Part shown: positions 1-13,989 of the stretch, piece after piece
Layout of the letters: each line of letters starts with the position of its first letter
Numbering within the stretch: position 1 is the first letter of the stretch
NCBI GenBank assembly: GCA_030141605.1
Contig: JAQGDQ010000176.1
Location: 380,384-444,383 of the forward strand
Length of the DNA stretch: 64,000 nucleotides
Direction: 5' to 3'
Origin: Tubiluchus corallicola
Taxonomy: Eukaryota; Animalia; Priapulida
Program-made: the position numbers and the translations under genes
Notes under the pieces: model-generated
Told to the model about the DNA's origin: nothing
The model's input: the letters and a program-made list of their open reading frames with translations, nothing else
Database searches by the model: none

Positions 1-252
1 AATTAAAAAAAAGATATTAAAAAGGTTTCCTAAATCACATGTCTGTTTATTTACAGAAATTTGTTCTTGTTCATCTGTTTCATATTTGCAAAGAATTTGG
101 TTCACAAAGTTCTCTTAATGATAAAAATGTTGAAAATTTGTTACTGTATGATGCACACATTCTTGTAAAATATTGCTTGTGGTGCTTGAACTGCAGTTGG
201 TGGTGCCCATGTTTCCCCCCTCAAATGGCTTCATCTGTAGTTTTGTTTCTAC

Positions 253-751
253 AACCTTGCAACACTTTATTGTACTGTACCTACGTCCCTGGCGTAACAG
301 CAATAACTAACTGATTAAATATTCTATGATAGGCAGGGAGAGTTTCAAAAGCAAACCGATAGACAAGTGATTAAATGTTTAGCTTCCAGAAATTCTTGGG
401 TAACGAGGTTAATTGCAGTGGACAGACAGGTCAAAGCAAAACCGCTAGGCTAGCATATTAACATATGATAAACGTTCCTGCTTACAAACAAAACTGTACT
501 TAACATGATTGTTTCTGTGCATATTAGAGCATAAAAGCGAACTAAGATGACAAAAGTCATAAAGCTTATTGGTCACACAAAAATGCTTTATTAAAGCACG
601 TGAAGCAGACATATTGAGTCAATTATGTGGACTTAGCTGAGTCTATTATCGAAAGTTTTTATATACATTTGAATGGAAGAGGCCTGTGCCAGGTGTTTTT
701 GAGTCAATTAGGCGACTGATTCTGTTAACGTCTGATAAACAGCACCTACTG
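253..751 (-). mobile_element. pogo/Tigger-like non-autonomous DNA element, partial, same family as 18701-19175
   Basis: Ends ...tctgataaacagcacctactg|ta. About 500 bp align in reverse complement with 18701-19175 (e.g. tttagcttccagaaattcttgggtaa, caggtcaaagcaaaaccgctaggctagcatatta). Confidence 0.75.
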
Positions 752-1206
752 TATTTGTAATATCTTGTTGAAATATAGCAAGTTTTTTCGTTGTTATTTC
801 GAACAATACTTTTGCGATATTCAAGAAAATGAGAAATGCATCTCGTGAATTTCATCTGTGATTGCTTCAGGATGTTGCTGTTGGCCTTTTTGGGAAAAAT
901 CACATTTGACCCAACAGCTCTTAGTTTTTGAAGTGTCGATTCATTTTCTGCTTGGCTCTCGGGCAGCTAGTCAACACCGCTAGTCTTTCAGAAATAACTG
1001 TGACCGGAAAATGCATATTCTTCTATTCTGGTCACATATCTGGTGTGAAACTATCCTTCATACTTAAAATTTTATTATAACTGGCGATACCCACTATAGA
1101 AAATGCGAAATTTTGCTTTACATCAACACTGTTGCTAAGCAATGTAAACTTGCAGATGACATAATAGCAATAATTATCAGTTTTATGTGAGAGTTTTTTT
1201 TCACAG

Positions 1207-4200
1207 TACACATATGGAGTCAATGCATGGAAGAATTGGGTTAAACAAAAAAACTCGACCATCGACACATCTCGTAAAGGTGCACATCGCGGGAAGCCAT
1301 GCAAGATCGATTTACTACAAATGACTGCCGATGAGTTGAACTATTCTTTATGTTCATTTATAAAAGAAGTTCGGAAACCTAATGGAGATGAATACGCAGC
1401 AGACAGCATCTATTACCTGTGTTTGGGTACGAAATTGTTATTTCATTTAAAGTTTTAAATACTCAGATCCAAATACCCAAACGATCATTCTTGGCTCACT
1501 TGCATTAATCATTTTGTTTTTGTAGGAATTCAACAGTATTTATATGAGAATGGGCGCATTGATAACATATTCACTGACCTGAATTATGAGAAGTTTACAA
1601 ATGTCCTCAGTGACATCTTGGAGAAGTTTGAACCAATAATTTCCCCAGAAGGTATGTAACTAATTTTGTCTTGAAAAATTAAGTAAATTGATTTGTTTAA
1701 CTAAAAAGTCGCAGCTTTTTTTATAACCAGCACTATAGAAGCTTTTTACAGCATGGCATTTGTCGTAGTCAGCTTAGCCACACTGCATATTTATAGATTA
1801 TATTTATTTATTTATCATTAACTGATTAGCATTAATCGATTTATAATCAGTAATGCAATAAAGCATAAACTATATTTATCATTATACATAATCTAACATG
1901 TCTTTTCACAGTTGTATATAATGTAGCTTGCTATTTGTGCTGTTTACTAAAAAAGTTACATGTTTACTAAGTGCTTCGCTTGTACATACTAGGAGATGAT
2001 ATAGAAAGAACCGCTATTAACCGTGACAAAGTTTGTTACAAGGAGTCAAGGATAAAAGTATTGTCATTCTAAGTAGTAGCCATGTTGTGCTTACCAATCT
2101 TTTGTCTTGGGAGCTTTTTACAAGTTTAACTAAAACCATTTCATTTTTTTAAAGGTTATGTTCTGGGTAGAATAGAGGAGGAGATTCTCTGGGAATCGCG
2201 TCAACTCGGAGCGCATTCGCCTCATGTGCTGCTTAATACGCTCATGTATTTCAATACGAAGTACTTTTTGTTGAAAGATATTGGTGATCATATGAGTTTA
2301 TCATTTGCACAAGTGTTAAAGCATTGGCGAAAGAGGCAGATTGATGCGGGCAAGCAAGGACCAAGGACAGTGTTCTTGCGTTACTTTCCACCCATGTCAA
2401 TGTTGGCTAATAAAAGTGAGTTTTTTACCACTTGTTGATTTGTTTTAATGGAGGTATAAAATAGCATTTGATATTAAGATTTTCAGTGGATCACCATGTA
2501 GTGTACCACCAAGATTACTAACTGGAAGGGGAATAAGCCTGGCCTTTATTTTGGTTTCAAAATCATGTAGTAATAAGCTTGCCAGATGAGTCCATTGCTA
2601 GCCTTAAAAGAAACTGTTAATCTGCTTTGTTCAAAATGTTGCTGTTGTGCAGTAATGTTTTTGCATGTGACTCAGTTTTGCTTCATTAAATTCTCTGAGG
2701 CAAAATGGAAAGCGGAATGGTGTTCTAAGCTACAAAAGTTAGGCAGTACCATGCTGAGTGACTCATTGTTTAAAATGACTTTGATATGGCGTATTGACAA
2801 CTTCGTATGCTACATGTGCTTAACAATTTTTTCTCCACATCAGGCATGACGGTGCAAGTTTACTGTAAATTAATTTGCAAGCGGTGTGCAACATTTAAGC
2901 ACTTAATAAAAGCTTACAAAAATGTAGTAATGCAGGCAATGGGGCTCGACAAAAAGCCTGCAATGCGCAATAGCCAAGTAAGTTGTATTCAAAGCTATTA
3001 TACTAAGTCAATGAACGATGAAAGCTGAAAATCGCTTTTTTGTGAGGTTGTGTTACTGGTGTGTATGCAATAAACCATATTCACTATAATTTTGTTAAAC
3101 TGTATGTTGAGCCCAGCCGTGGAGTGTATTGTGCCAATTACTGAGGTGCCCTACAATATTTTTTCTTTTTTATGCTAAATCTTGTAGTATTGTAGTATTA
3201 CCGTTACTTTAAAAATGGTAAGCATTTGTAGTGCAATTGCAAAACCTTTGTTAAAAATTAAGTTTCACAACTAATAAGCTTTTCTGTATTAATAGGTAAA
3301 AAGAAAAAAGGCGAAAATGAGAATTTGGAACAAGCAGAAAATCTGGAAAATCCTCTCCGTTGTCCGGTCAAACTTTATGAATTCTATCTATCAAAGTGGT
3401 TAGTTATGTAATGAAAATACTTTCCTTTGCACTTTATGTTCTAGCTGTTGTCTCCGTTGACAGTTCGTCTATTAAATCTCCAATACAAGCTGACATTAGA
3501 AGCAAAATTCTATTTCCATACTCCTGTGCTAAGTATTTACAACAAAGTAGTTCCAAAACATCATATTGAATTAATGTTATTTGATCATTTTGTTCATCGG
3601 TTCTATTTCAAAATGTAGTACAGGGTACTCTTAATTATGTCTCTGCGTATTTACTGTAATGGGGCAGATGTAGTTAACGAATCTTAAAATATTTCTAACA
3701 ATAAATCACATATAATTGACCAGAGAGGAGTTAGCTGTTGCCACAGACATGAGAGGGGAAGATTGTACTGAGGCAAAATACTTTTCGTAAACGGGTTTCA
3801 AATTGGTGAAATATTCTTAAACATTCAAAAACAAATGTTACTTCACTTTCAAGACTGCTGATATAATTTCACAGGCCTGCAGCAGTTATCAATTTTTTTT
3901 ACTATCAATTTAGTTACTGTGTTACCTGTGCAGGTGAGTCTTTTCGAAAAGGGAAGTGTATGCATAGCATTATCTTTTAGAATACAGCTGAACTCTTTAT
4001 TACACCTCTAAAGATACCAAGGTTATGACTCTCTGTTTGTGCTTTTCTTCAAGTCTTAATCTCAACGTACTCAAAAAGCAAAGAATACTTTTAAATATGT
4101 TATCACCAAATATGCTAGCTTGCAAGATATTGCAAAAGAACAGCAACAACTAAAAATGGGTTGGGTGTACTACAATAATAATAATTATGGTGCTGGAAAC

Positions 4201-4422
4201 TGGAGTTCAAATGATGTTCTTGTAATTTTCAGTCCTGAAAGTATGAAGAACCGAAGCGATGTGTATTATTTGGTGCCAGAAAGATGTTGTGTTCCTGACA
4301 GCCCTGTGTGGTACTCTGTACAAGCACTGCCAGAAGGACAGGTCTCAAAGCTATTGAACAGAATAAAAATGACTCGAGAAATCAACGAGGCTTTGTACAA
4401 TGCTGGCGAATTTGAACTTTAG
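1207..4422 (+). CDS. Zinc finger MYM-type protein (ZMYM2/3/4, Woc-like), C-terminal DUF3504 region; 5' part lies upstream of the window
   Basis: Exons 1207-1426, 1526-1651, 2155-2415, 3296-3398 and 4233-4422, all GT-AG and frame-compatible. They translate to [12 protein letters not shown]...[49 protein letters not shown]...[33 protein letters not shown]...[20 protein letters not shown]...PDSPVWYS, the hallmark ZMYM/Woc C-terminus. Confidence 0.92.
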
Positions 4423-4605
4423 ACTTTTGAACTTTGATCTTCTCTTTTGGTAATCTGCTGTGTTAAAGTGCTCTAGACTGTTCTAGAGAAACACACAGGA
4501 AGCACTTTCTCTGGAGAGGAAGATGTTGGCAACATGAAAGCACATCTTAGACTTGCTGTCACATGTATGTGAATATTCAATGTGGCTGAACGATTGTAAA
4601 AGTTT

Positions 4606-4828
4606 TTCTATATTTGTCAAAAAATTGCCAGCTTTGTTCAAATTAGGCTACAGCTGAATGATGCACAGTTTTAATGGCTACAAAGTAATGAAATCACAGC
4701 TTTGGATGCTGGCCGTATTTCTGTATTTGTCAAAAAATTGCAAGCTTTGTTCAAATTAAGTTAGCTACAGCTGAATGCACAGTTTTACTAGCTACAAAGT
4801 AATGAAATCACAGTGTTGGATGCTGGCC
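4606..4828. repeat. Two-copy tandem duplication of about 110 bp in the presumed ZMYM 3' UTR
   Basis: 4606-4714 and 4719-4828 share tatttgtcaaaaaattgc.agctttgttcaaatta...gctacagctgaatg...gctacaaagtaatgaaatcacag...ttggatgctggcc. Confidence 0.9.
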
Positions 4829-6515
4829 ACATTACATGTGACCTGCCCGAGTATTTAATAATTAAGAAGCAAACTTGCTAACACCGGCTTTATATCAGAT
4901 TTTACTAAATGGGCTTCACTACGAAAATTTTTGTCATAAAGTCTTAAAGCAAGTACATCCTTACATTTGTTAAAAATTACCTGCAAAACAGTTAAAGTAT
5001 CAAAAGAAAGACAAGACAACCTTCTAAGGGTTATACGCGATTACAAAAATTTTGGCATGTATGAACTTTGAATGTTTATAAACAAATTAGTTCATTCCAA
5101 AAACATTTTGGATCTCGATAGTAATATATTGTATAGTTATGACAAGCTGTTCTTTCTTTTCTTAAAAATGTAATTAGTGGGAAGTTAGATAATTTTTAAA
5201 AAAATCTCAGCTTCATTTTTTTGTTTTGTTTTAATTGCTTACGCTTAATTTCTCACTAAAAAATAACAACACGTTAAAGAACAGGAGCAAATAGTGAAAA
5301 ATGTGCCCTGCAGTTGAAATTACTACACACTATACGTGCATAAAAAGCATTGCTTAAAAATGCAAAAGAAATTTAAATATTTCTTATCTCCCACCACAAA
5401 GCGAATCAAATATTTCAAAATATGACGTAAGCTGGTGGACAGCGTGAAAGCCTTGAAGCTAGGAAAACTCATATTTTAGCACTGTGTATCTATAGTTCAA
5501 AGTTTTGGATTGTTTATAGTTGACAATTGTAACTGCACCTACAAAAGAGATTTCTCAAGCATCTGGTGAGTTATATGTTGCAAAGATACCATTTTTCGTC
5601 AAAGTGAGCTTGCCCAAACGTGAAGTGATAAGAACTTTAAATTGATTTTACTAATTACATGAAGCACTTATCACGATTTTACTGCTGAAAGTTTCTAACA
5701 CTAAAATAAGCTCAACTTCCCTCAAAAGAGCCGGCTTTTCCTTTAAAGCTTAAAAACAATGTGCCACCTACCAGGAAAAATTCAAAGTTGCTTTCTATAA
5801 TTTTTTGTAATAAACTTCCTCTTGCACTTCCACAACTATTTGCTAAGTGACAATTTGGTATGATCGGTTTCCCAAATATTGTTTAACTGTTGCTTACCAC
5901 TTATTTCAGAAATTCAGATTTTATTAGGCACATCCTTGAAAATAATGAAGCCAGCCCTCCTTACCTGAAGTCAGGGGCATTTACTCTGTTGAAATGGACA
6001 GCAGGACCAATAATTTGAATAATTATTATTATAACCAGTTTTCTCGCTAGTTACGATTCTGTGCGTGATGCTCTATGATATGTCATCAGTGTTGTCTCAA
6101 GCTATTGTTTTGTTGTTCAAAGTGTGTCGCTTGTTACAAAATAGGCACTAGGTGTAATAACTGTAATGTGATAAAAATTTTACTTGACAAACATGTTAAA
6201 ATTATACAAGATGACTGTCATGTATGCAATATTCAAAACAAAACTAAAATTGGTCTCAGCACCACATAATCCAAAAAAATGTTCATACTAACAATTCACA
6301 TTTTGAGGGCATATATTTTCATTTTTCACCCACAAGTGACAGGTTACTTGAATAAGTAAAAAAGTTTTCTTAAAATATTTTGGCTAAAATGCAAAATTAC
6401 TAAATTTTGTCAATATTGTCATACAAAAAATTAGGATTTTTGGAGATGTCAAATTTATCCAGTTACTGAAAACAAGCACACAGAGAAACTGCAAAGATAA
6501 CCCATGATGAATTTT

Positions 6516-9500
6516 TTATGGAATTCTTGTTGATGTTAACTGCTTCTGTGGATGACTATCGTCTGGCTCTATCCCGTGTACGGCAATTATCTGATACTGC
6601 TTTAATTTTAATGTTTGTGTGCTGCACCGAATTCGTTTAATTAGCTTACTACCAGACCGCAGATTATTCATCTCCGTTTTAGATATGGATGGATCTAGCA
6701 CCAAAATGTTCACACTGCCATTGGCACACTGTTCCCAGCCAATAATGGTACGGCTATGACCTAAATTTACAAGGCGTCTGTCAGTCTGTATAAATAATTA
6801 TACCAAAACAATTTGCTAATTGAAAACTACTAAACTAAGATGGCTTCTTTTCACTAGAAAATACTGTTAATGTTAACAGAGTCCCCGGCAGTGGTAATTG
6901 CAATGAAGTGGTGATCAGAATTAAATTTTTAGCCAACAATTAATTTAACAAATTTTTATGGATTTACCAGTTTAAGAGGATCTAAGAAACAGCAGAAAAA
7001 TAGATAGGCTAATGGCTGTCAAACATTTTTTTCATGTATTTTTCAAAGGCCACGCATGGTGATAGTCTTCATAGAATAAATAATTAAAATCAAAACAAAT
7101 ACTTTGTTTAACAATTTAATGAGTGCATGATTATTTATTAATGAAACTAATGATAGAATGAACACCCATTTTTGAAGCAAACAAACAAAAGAAAGATCGT
7201 CAAATAGTGGATCAGCTATTGCTATCAGCTGGTGAACTATTTTCAAGTAAACTAACACTTGCCTTGATTACAGTAATTTGTGTTGCACATTAGTCTAAAG
7301 TGACAGACTAGCAACCAAGATTCCCAATTCATATCTGGGCTCAATTCTGACTTTTTATATTTCCTTTCTTTTAGCCAAGTTCAACAAATTTAGTAACAGT
7401 GTGTTTAATCCATTATGAAGTACTTTCGTGTGTTTTAGAACCAGAATCATTTTTTAAAGCACAGCCATGTTTGCAACATATAGAAATTATAGAAACACAT
7501 AATTTGAGATTTGAACCAATGTGGAAAATTTTTTCGAGAATTCGATACAAAATTTAGGAAAAAACAATAAAGATTTTTGCTATACAGAAAATCTGCTTGC
7601 AACGAGCCTTGCATTTTTATGTAACTTACCTTGATGCTGAAAATACAGAGGAGCCTTGAATTCTATTGCCTTTGAGAAGTACTGATGAACCCATTCAAAA
7701 AGCTTTGGATGTGTATTACATGGTCCAGTTGGGCAGTGAAAATCTATAAGTTCACACCTTAAAATAAGACCAATAAACAATTTGTATTAATTGCTCTTAG
7801 AGTCTACCAAGTCCTATAATGGCAACGCTTACAATAAACGCTGCTGAGACTAGGGAAGCAGACTCAACAGCCACATGACAGTAAAACAGAAGAAAGTTTC
7901 AAGCATAAATTTTAGCAAGGTTCTGGAATGTAAAGGAAAACCTAAGCAAGCTGTTTTTTGACAGAAAATTACAGAGAACTGAAATTGTATGTAGTGTCAG
8001 TGGTGTGCTGCTTTAAGGATACGTTTTACTTATCCCAATCACTTCACGTCATGCCAGCAAACTAAGCAAAAATGGCTAGTACTGAAGTTACACGTTTTGC
8101 AATTATAGACATCATGCATGTACTATTCAAGTTTTGTACATGAAATTGTAAACTGAAATGATGCAGCAGTTTCAAACAATAGTCTAGTCTCTGCTTCTAG
8201 TAAATGCTTAACAACTCATTAGTACATGCTGTTACTATTCCAGTTACAGCAATTTGTAACATTGACTAGTACAAACCTTACCTAATTCTAAACTGTTTCA
8301 ATAACACCATGACCTCCGTAGCACCAATCCACTTTTTTGTGCTAACTAACTTGTTACCCAATTGTGCAGCACCAGCTGTATCATAACCCTGCTTCCAACC
8401 ATCCTCAATTAATGTTTGAAGTTTTTTTATGGATGGCATTAACAATACATCTGCAGAATATAGATAAGTCAAAAATTAATAGCAGTTCAGTACCGAAAGC
8501 ATTAACTACAAAAACAAAGCAGACTGTGATATAAAAACACCTTTTTTGTTTGTTTGTTTTTTATGTTACATTACTTATATAATATCTAATTCAAAACTCA
8601 TCGTATTCAGTAAGACTAGATGCATTTAACAAGTAAACATTTGATCAAATAATCTACCAAAGTAGTGTTTTGGTATGGATACCTTATGACACCAAAAACA
8701 ATGAAACAATAGCCTAATAGCAAAAGATAGTAGCAGCATTACCTAGAGCGTCAGTCCTGAAAAATTCTAGAGTTTTTGAAGATATGCTGAGCGCAATAAA
8801 TTTGCATTTTAATGTCTGTCAAACACACAACAAACATATTAGAGAATTACATACTTGTAACAGGCCACAAAGCAAATAAATTGTATGTACCTCCAAACAA
8901 TAGCCTGCTACAATCTGGCCACATAGAAAGAGAAGACAAGAGCATTTGAGCATTTCGGTATCCACAACCCCATCCCTTGTCAAAGTATGTTGTTGAAAAG
9001 TGACTCACAACTGTGCAAAGATAAATCTGACTATTTTGAAGCTCATTACAAATGCTCAACTTTGGAATGATAGCTGAAATCAAGCAATAACAATAATCAG
9101 TTGTAATGACAAAAACAAATTAAAATATACTTCATTATTTTTTATAGTTCCTTGTTTCTTTGTACTGTCATAATCTTTAAAGTAGCTTCCTTTACAAATA
9201 GTATTTTTTTACCATAAAGCAGGAATACAATATTGTTCGTACAGAAGTTTTTTCGTATACAAATCTTTTAAATCAACTGATACTTAAGTCAACTAAGTGT
9301 TCAGGAAACTACAGTTATCAAAATGTAAAATATGCCTAAGTATGGTAAGCCATTTTTGCAAGTAACTATTATATAGGACTGGCTGGTTGAATTGCACAAA
9401 AAAAAGAAAATCTTACAAAATGGTTAATATAGCACATGAAAAAACATGCCACTACATTGCTATAAAAGTCTAGTTCAGCAACTTGGTGTTAAATCAGTTA

Positions 9501-11127
9501 ATGTAAAATTATGTGAATCAATTAATCTTTGAAACAAATTTTTGAACTTTTTAAAGTTTGTTTTTAAGAATGACTGGTTAAAAACTGAATATCCCACATT
9601 GTAAATAAAATATATACACTCCACAAGTGAAGGCTACCTGAACATCAAATCGATTTAAGCCAAACACAACATTCACTCAGTGAAAACTTCCATATTGTCA
9701 TTTCATTTCCCTTACCATTAGTACAAGACAATCCATCATCAACATCAGTTGCAAATGCATCTTGATTTTGTTTACTCGGCTTACTGCAAGTGTTACACTG
9801 ACTCTAGAAGAAAATATACATACAACATGTACATAAAAATAAAAACAGAAAATCAAAACAAATAGTGCTGTTAATAACATTTCATTAGTGTTGCTATTTT
9901 TGTAAGGATAACACTGCTCTTATACACTGACATTATAGTTAATAACTGGATTAAATAAACTTACAAAATACAAAACAATACATCCTATTTCATAAAACTG
10001 TCGGTGTAAAACTCATACAGTACTGTATACTAAACCTGCATCATTAATTAAACCTTCACATTTTTTTACATGGAAGTCAAAATAGACTTCACTGTCAGAG
10101 TGATTTTTCAGTAAGTTGCTTGCTTTCCATAGCCTTGTTTTACCAGGCAGGTCCAAAAATTAATTTGGCTTTAAAGAGATAATGCACGCTACCTTGTTAC
10201 TTGATCTTGTTCTTACTCCTTGTCTGGTCCTTTCTTTTTCTGTTTTCCAATATCGCTGTCCCTCCTCAGCACGTACTGTCTGCAGCTGTGCCGCTATTGA
10301 TATCTTATTCTTTCCTGTCAATGAAGTCCCAGAAGAGCAGGCTTCTGTCTCACTGTGCTGCGCCTGTACATGCTTCTCGACTACCAGGAGATTAGCAAAG
10401 TTTAAGCCACAAAACGGGCACATAAAGTTGTCTATTGCATTAGTAACACTTTTTTCACTGAAACCAGTTTTCAGATCACTAGAGTTTAATTTTAATTGCT
10501 TAGTAGTGCTTTCAGAGTCAAAGTGTGTTCGATTAATATGAACTTGTAAAGCCAGTTCTGTATCACAAGCATGTCTGCAAATAGGGCATTCCAGAAAGCG
10601 AGTCATTACTGAATGTGTGTTTCTGTTGTCGTCTCTCGAAGGGGCTTTAGGTTTTAGGAAGCCATTCTTTGGTTTTTGACCTAAAGTAAAGTTTGTGAAA
10701 CCAATACATACAAAAAGCATGAATACCATGGCAAGACTATATAATTGCGATAGCAGAAATCATGATAACTTGCTATCAAAAATTAACAAAGTTTGATTTC
10801 AGTATAATGTGAAGTATTTAACTGACAATAAGTTTTGCAATTAGAAACAGAAACAAGAAATTACAGTCTTGTTACATTACCGTCAGTATTAGAATACAGA
10901 TAATCTGTCTTTTTTATGCAAAGCACCTCGCTTGAATTCTGATCCTGTTTTACTTCATCATGACTAGCAGCTATATGATTAATTAATTCTTCCAGTTGTA
11001 CATCAGCAAGATCACAGAATGGGTAGGAAACAGAGGATTCCACATGTACAATTTGAATATGTGATTTCATGCTGTTTTCATCCATGTCCACTTCACCGCA
11101 AATATCACAGGTATAATGCGACATCAT
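6516..11127 (-). CDS. ZUP1: Zinc finger-containing ubiquitin peptidase 1 (ZUFSP), peptidase C78 family deubiquitinase
   Basis: Exons (minus) 11127-10881, 10680-10193, 9803-9716, 9073-8891, 8450-8282, 7757-7630 and 6760-6516, with consistent phases. N-terminal C2H2 fingers; catalytic motifs DKGWGCGYRN (Cys), WIGATEV, PLYFQHQGHSRTIIG (His) and VLDPS (Asp). Confidence 0.9.
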
Positions 11128-13279
11128 TCGGGGCAAAATTTAAAGCAAACAATAACAAAATGAATATATAATTCACGTTTAAAGATAAAACTTGCAGCTG
11201 ACAATGACAGACATAACTTTTGGGCAGTAAAAAATGAAAAAGAGACCAGCACGTTGGCACTTTTATCACACAAGTGAACTTCACTAATTACCTGAAAAAG
11301 CCTTGAATTTTTCTTTTTTAATATGATTCTGATTATATATCATTAAGTGTTACAAGAATGCTGCTAGACTGCTACATCATCAGATTTTCAGATTTTTCCC
11401 TTGCATGTTGATGATCATTAAGCATCACAAAACATGTTGAGAAAATGCTATTAAAGTTAGCCATTAGCAACTGCACAAATGTTGGCTGCTATAGACTTTG
11501 CAAGAATACATTGAGGTTATGTTTAAATCCAGTAGTTGGTTCTTCCTGATGAAAATCTGGGCTTGACAGCAGAAAAAACCCGAAGCAAAATGATTGCTTC
11601 CAAAAGCTGCAATTGGAGTCTGAAAATACAAGTTTCTTACAATTGCAGTACTAGGTTCCAAGGAGAAAAGTGGGTACGGGGTTAAAAAATTAGATTTTTA
11701 GTATTTTTTGAACATTTTCTAGATAATCTGGTGCTAGAATATAAAAACTCAACATGTTTAGCATGTTTGTATAAAAAAAAACAAAAAATTGACATTTGAT
11801 CAAATTTTGATTGCATTCTACTTTGAAGCACCATAACGCAGTTTTAACTATGCAGACTTGTGGATGGTTTTGGTTTTCAAGCACACAAATGATAAACCCT
11901 GGCTGTGTGTCTTTTGGTACTTTAAAAATGGAATCTCATGGACTTGTTTCAACTTCAGTTGACACATATCGCTGTAATCTTGTAAATGCCGGGCACTGGC
12001 TATAGGAACCTAGCGGCGGGTGCCTGTGCTATTGGCAGAAATGACCACCTTCTTATGCACTACATAATATGCAGTTATACCTGATTTTTTAATTATATTT
12101 CATTTTAAATTTCAACCATTAGGATGTCACACTGTTATTTATTCAAAGTCGCCAGCACAAACAGCTTACTGCTAGCAAAACAGAGCGAACTTACAGACTG
12201 CTGATATTGACCTGTTTATTGCAGGCTTTTATTAGTGCTTGTTTACATTTTATATTAATTATAATGCTAAATATGTTATGATTTATAACTGCTATTTGAC
12301 ATGATAGATTTTCCATATTACATTTGTGCATCAATTTTAAAATATTGTACCAGAAGTAATTGCGAGTCCAAACAAATTTTTTATGTCAGGAGTAAATGTA
12401 AAGTCCCCTCAAATGGCTCTATTTAAAAAGTTTTCTTGTGTACAAAATGATCGTCCATTGTTCACTGATAGGATTCCTGTTACTATAAAGTGGCCCGGCC
12501 CTATATGCCAAACTCATAGAAGATTTTGCGAAAAATCAATTGATTATATCAGGTTAGAATGTAAAGGATGCAGCACTAGAGTCTGTTATTCAAATGTTAT
12601 TCAATTTTTTAAGATTTGCAAGCCTCGTGCAGTGACAGGATGTATTGGCTTTGCTGACTGCAGTGACTTGCCTAGTCGGTGATGCTGATGACGTCACTGG
12701 TGTGCGCAATGTACGAACACCACCTAGTTTGAAATTTTGGTGTAAACTCGGCCCTATTGCAAAATGACACTACAAAGCCTTTGCCTTTATTCAGCTGAAA
12801 ATTTAGTCAAGTTTGCCTAAGATTAAAATACAAGCTAACAAGTTCTTTTATGAAGGAATTTCACTCTTTTTTGCTGCCCACAGCTGATGCAAATGAAATT
12901 TCTCTAGACTCAGTGATGTTTCCTCTCCATTTCTGCTAACTTTTTGTTTAAAATGATTCTTTCGAACTTTCAAGCACATAAGAATAAAACATCTACATTA
13001 TTTTACTACAGATGAAATGCTAATAAGTGAAAACACATAAATAAGCATGTGCTACGCAGTTAAGTAAAAATAAGCTTAGGGGATTTTAATATCAATTACT
13101 TAAGCTTATTACTTCATTACCTTTCAGGCTTTCCTTCTTTTTATCTTGCACCTCCTGCACTCCCTGTATCCCATTTGGCTCAGATTCCTCCTGATTTCAC
13201 CTTTGATCTTAAAATTTCACCTTTCGATCTGAGCAGATAATCATTTGTACTGCTCATCATAATTTATTGTTAGGCTATA

Positions 13280-13775
13280 CAGTGGCCGCCGCTTATTATG
13301 GACACGGTTATTGTGGACAGCCGGTTATTGTGGACAACTCGCGAGGGACGGAATTTTCCCCTAATAAAATCCGCCGGTTAATATGGACAACCGCCGCTTA
13401 ATATGGACAGCGAACATTCTTGGCACGTGAACCAGCCGTGCCAACCACGGCCTGCACGCGTGATTGAAAAGAGCTTCCCGCTCTGCTGCCTGAGTGAGTC
13501 ATTGCATCAGTCAGTTCGCCGTTTGCCGTGGCCTTGAGAGCTTCGAAACTGTGATAACTTCCTTCCGTTCAAGGTTGAGAGAAAAGTTTCCTGCCAAACA
13601 AACTCGTCTGACTTCTTTTTTTCAATAAAACAGGAGACGAGTTGATACAGACAGTTTTTTGCCTTTTTTAATGAAGGGGAAGGGTCTTCATGGGTCACTT
13701 CGCTTAATATGGACAGCCGCTTAATATGGACATACACTGCTGGCCCGAGGTGTCCACAATAAGCGGCGGCCACTG
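13280..13775. mobile_element. Complete Tc1/mariner-superfamily (pogo/Tigger-type) MITE, 496 bp
   Basis: TIRs cagtggccgccgcttattatggacac and gtgtccacaataagcggcggccactg, flanked by TA on both sides; subterminal repeats of ccg(c/g)tta(a/t)t(a/g)tggaca. Confidence 0.93.
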
Positions 13776-13989
13776 TATCTTATTTGGGCTCTGATGTTAG
13801 TGCAAGAGTATTGTACAAATAATTCAGAATTCTGGCCACGTAAATGAGTAGTGGTCTAGAAAAAAATTTGTCACTATGCAAAATAGAACTACCACTAATG
13901 ACTTTATAACAGTTAATAAGGTCTATAGTATCACAGCATTGTTCAAGAGAGGATACAGTCAGGTTGAATATCAGAGGCCAGATTAATAC

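Noticed and set aside
11540-12735. CTGATGA hammerhead-like cores near 11545 and 12685
   Set aside because: No stem II closed by GAAA and no supporting stems I/III. The region looks like decayed DNA-transposon sequence whose ends I could not define.
13280-13420. Regularly spaced ttattgtggaca repeats resembling a CRISPR array
   Set aside because: Subterminal MITE repeats with only a few bases between units, no cas genes, and eukaryotic context.
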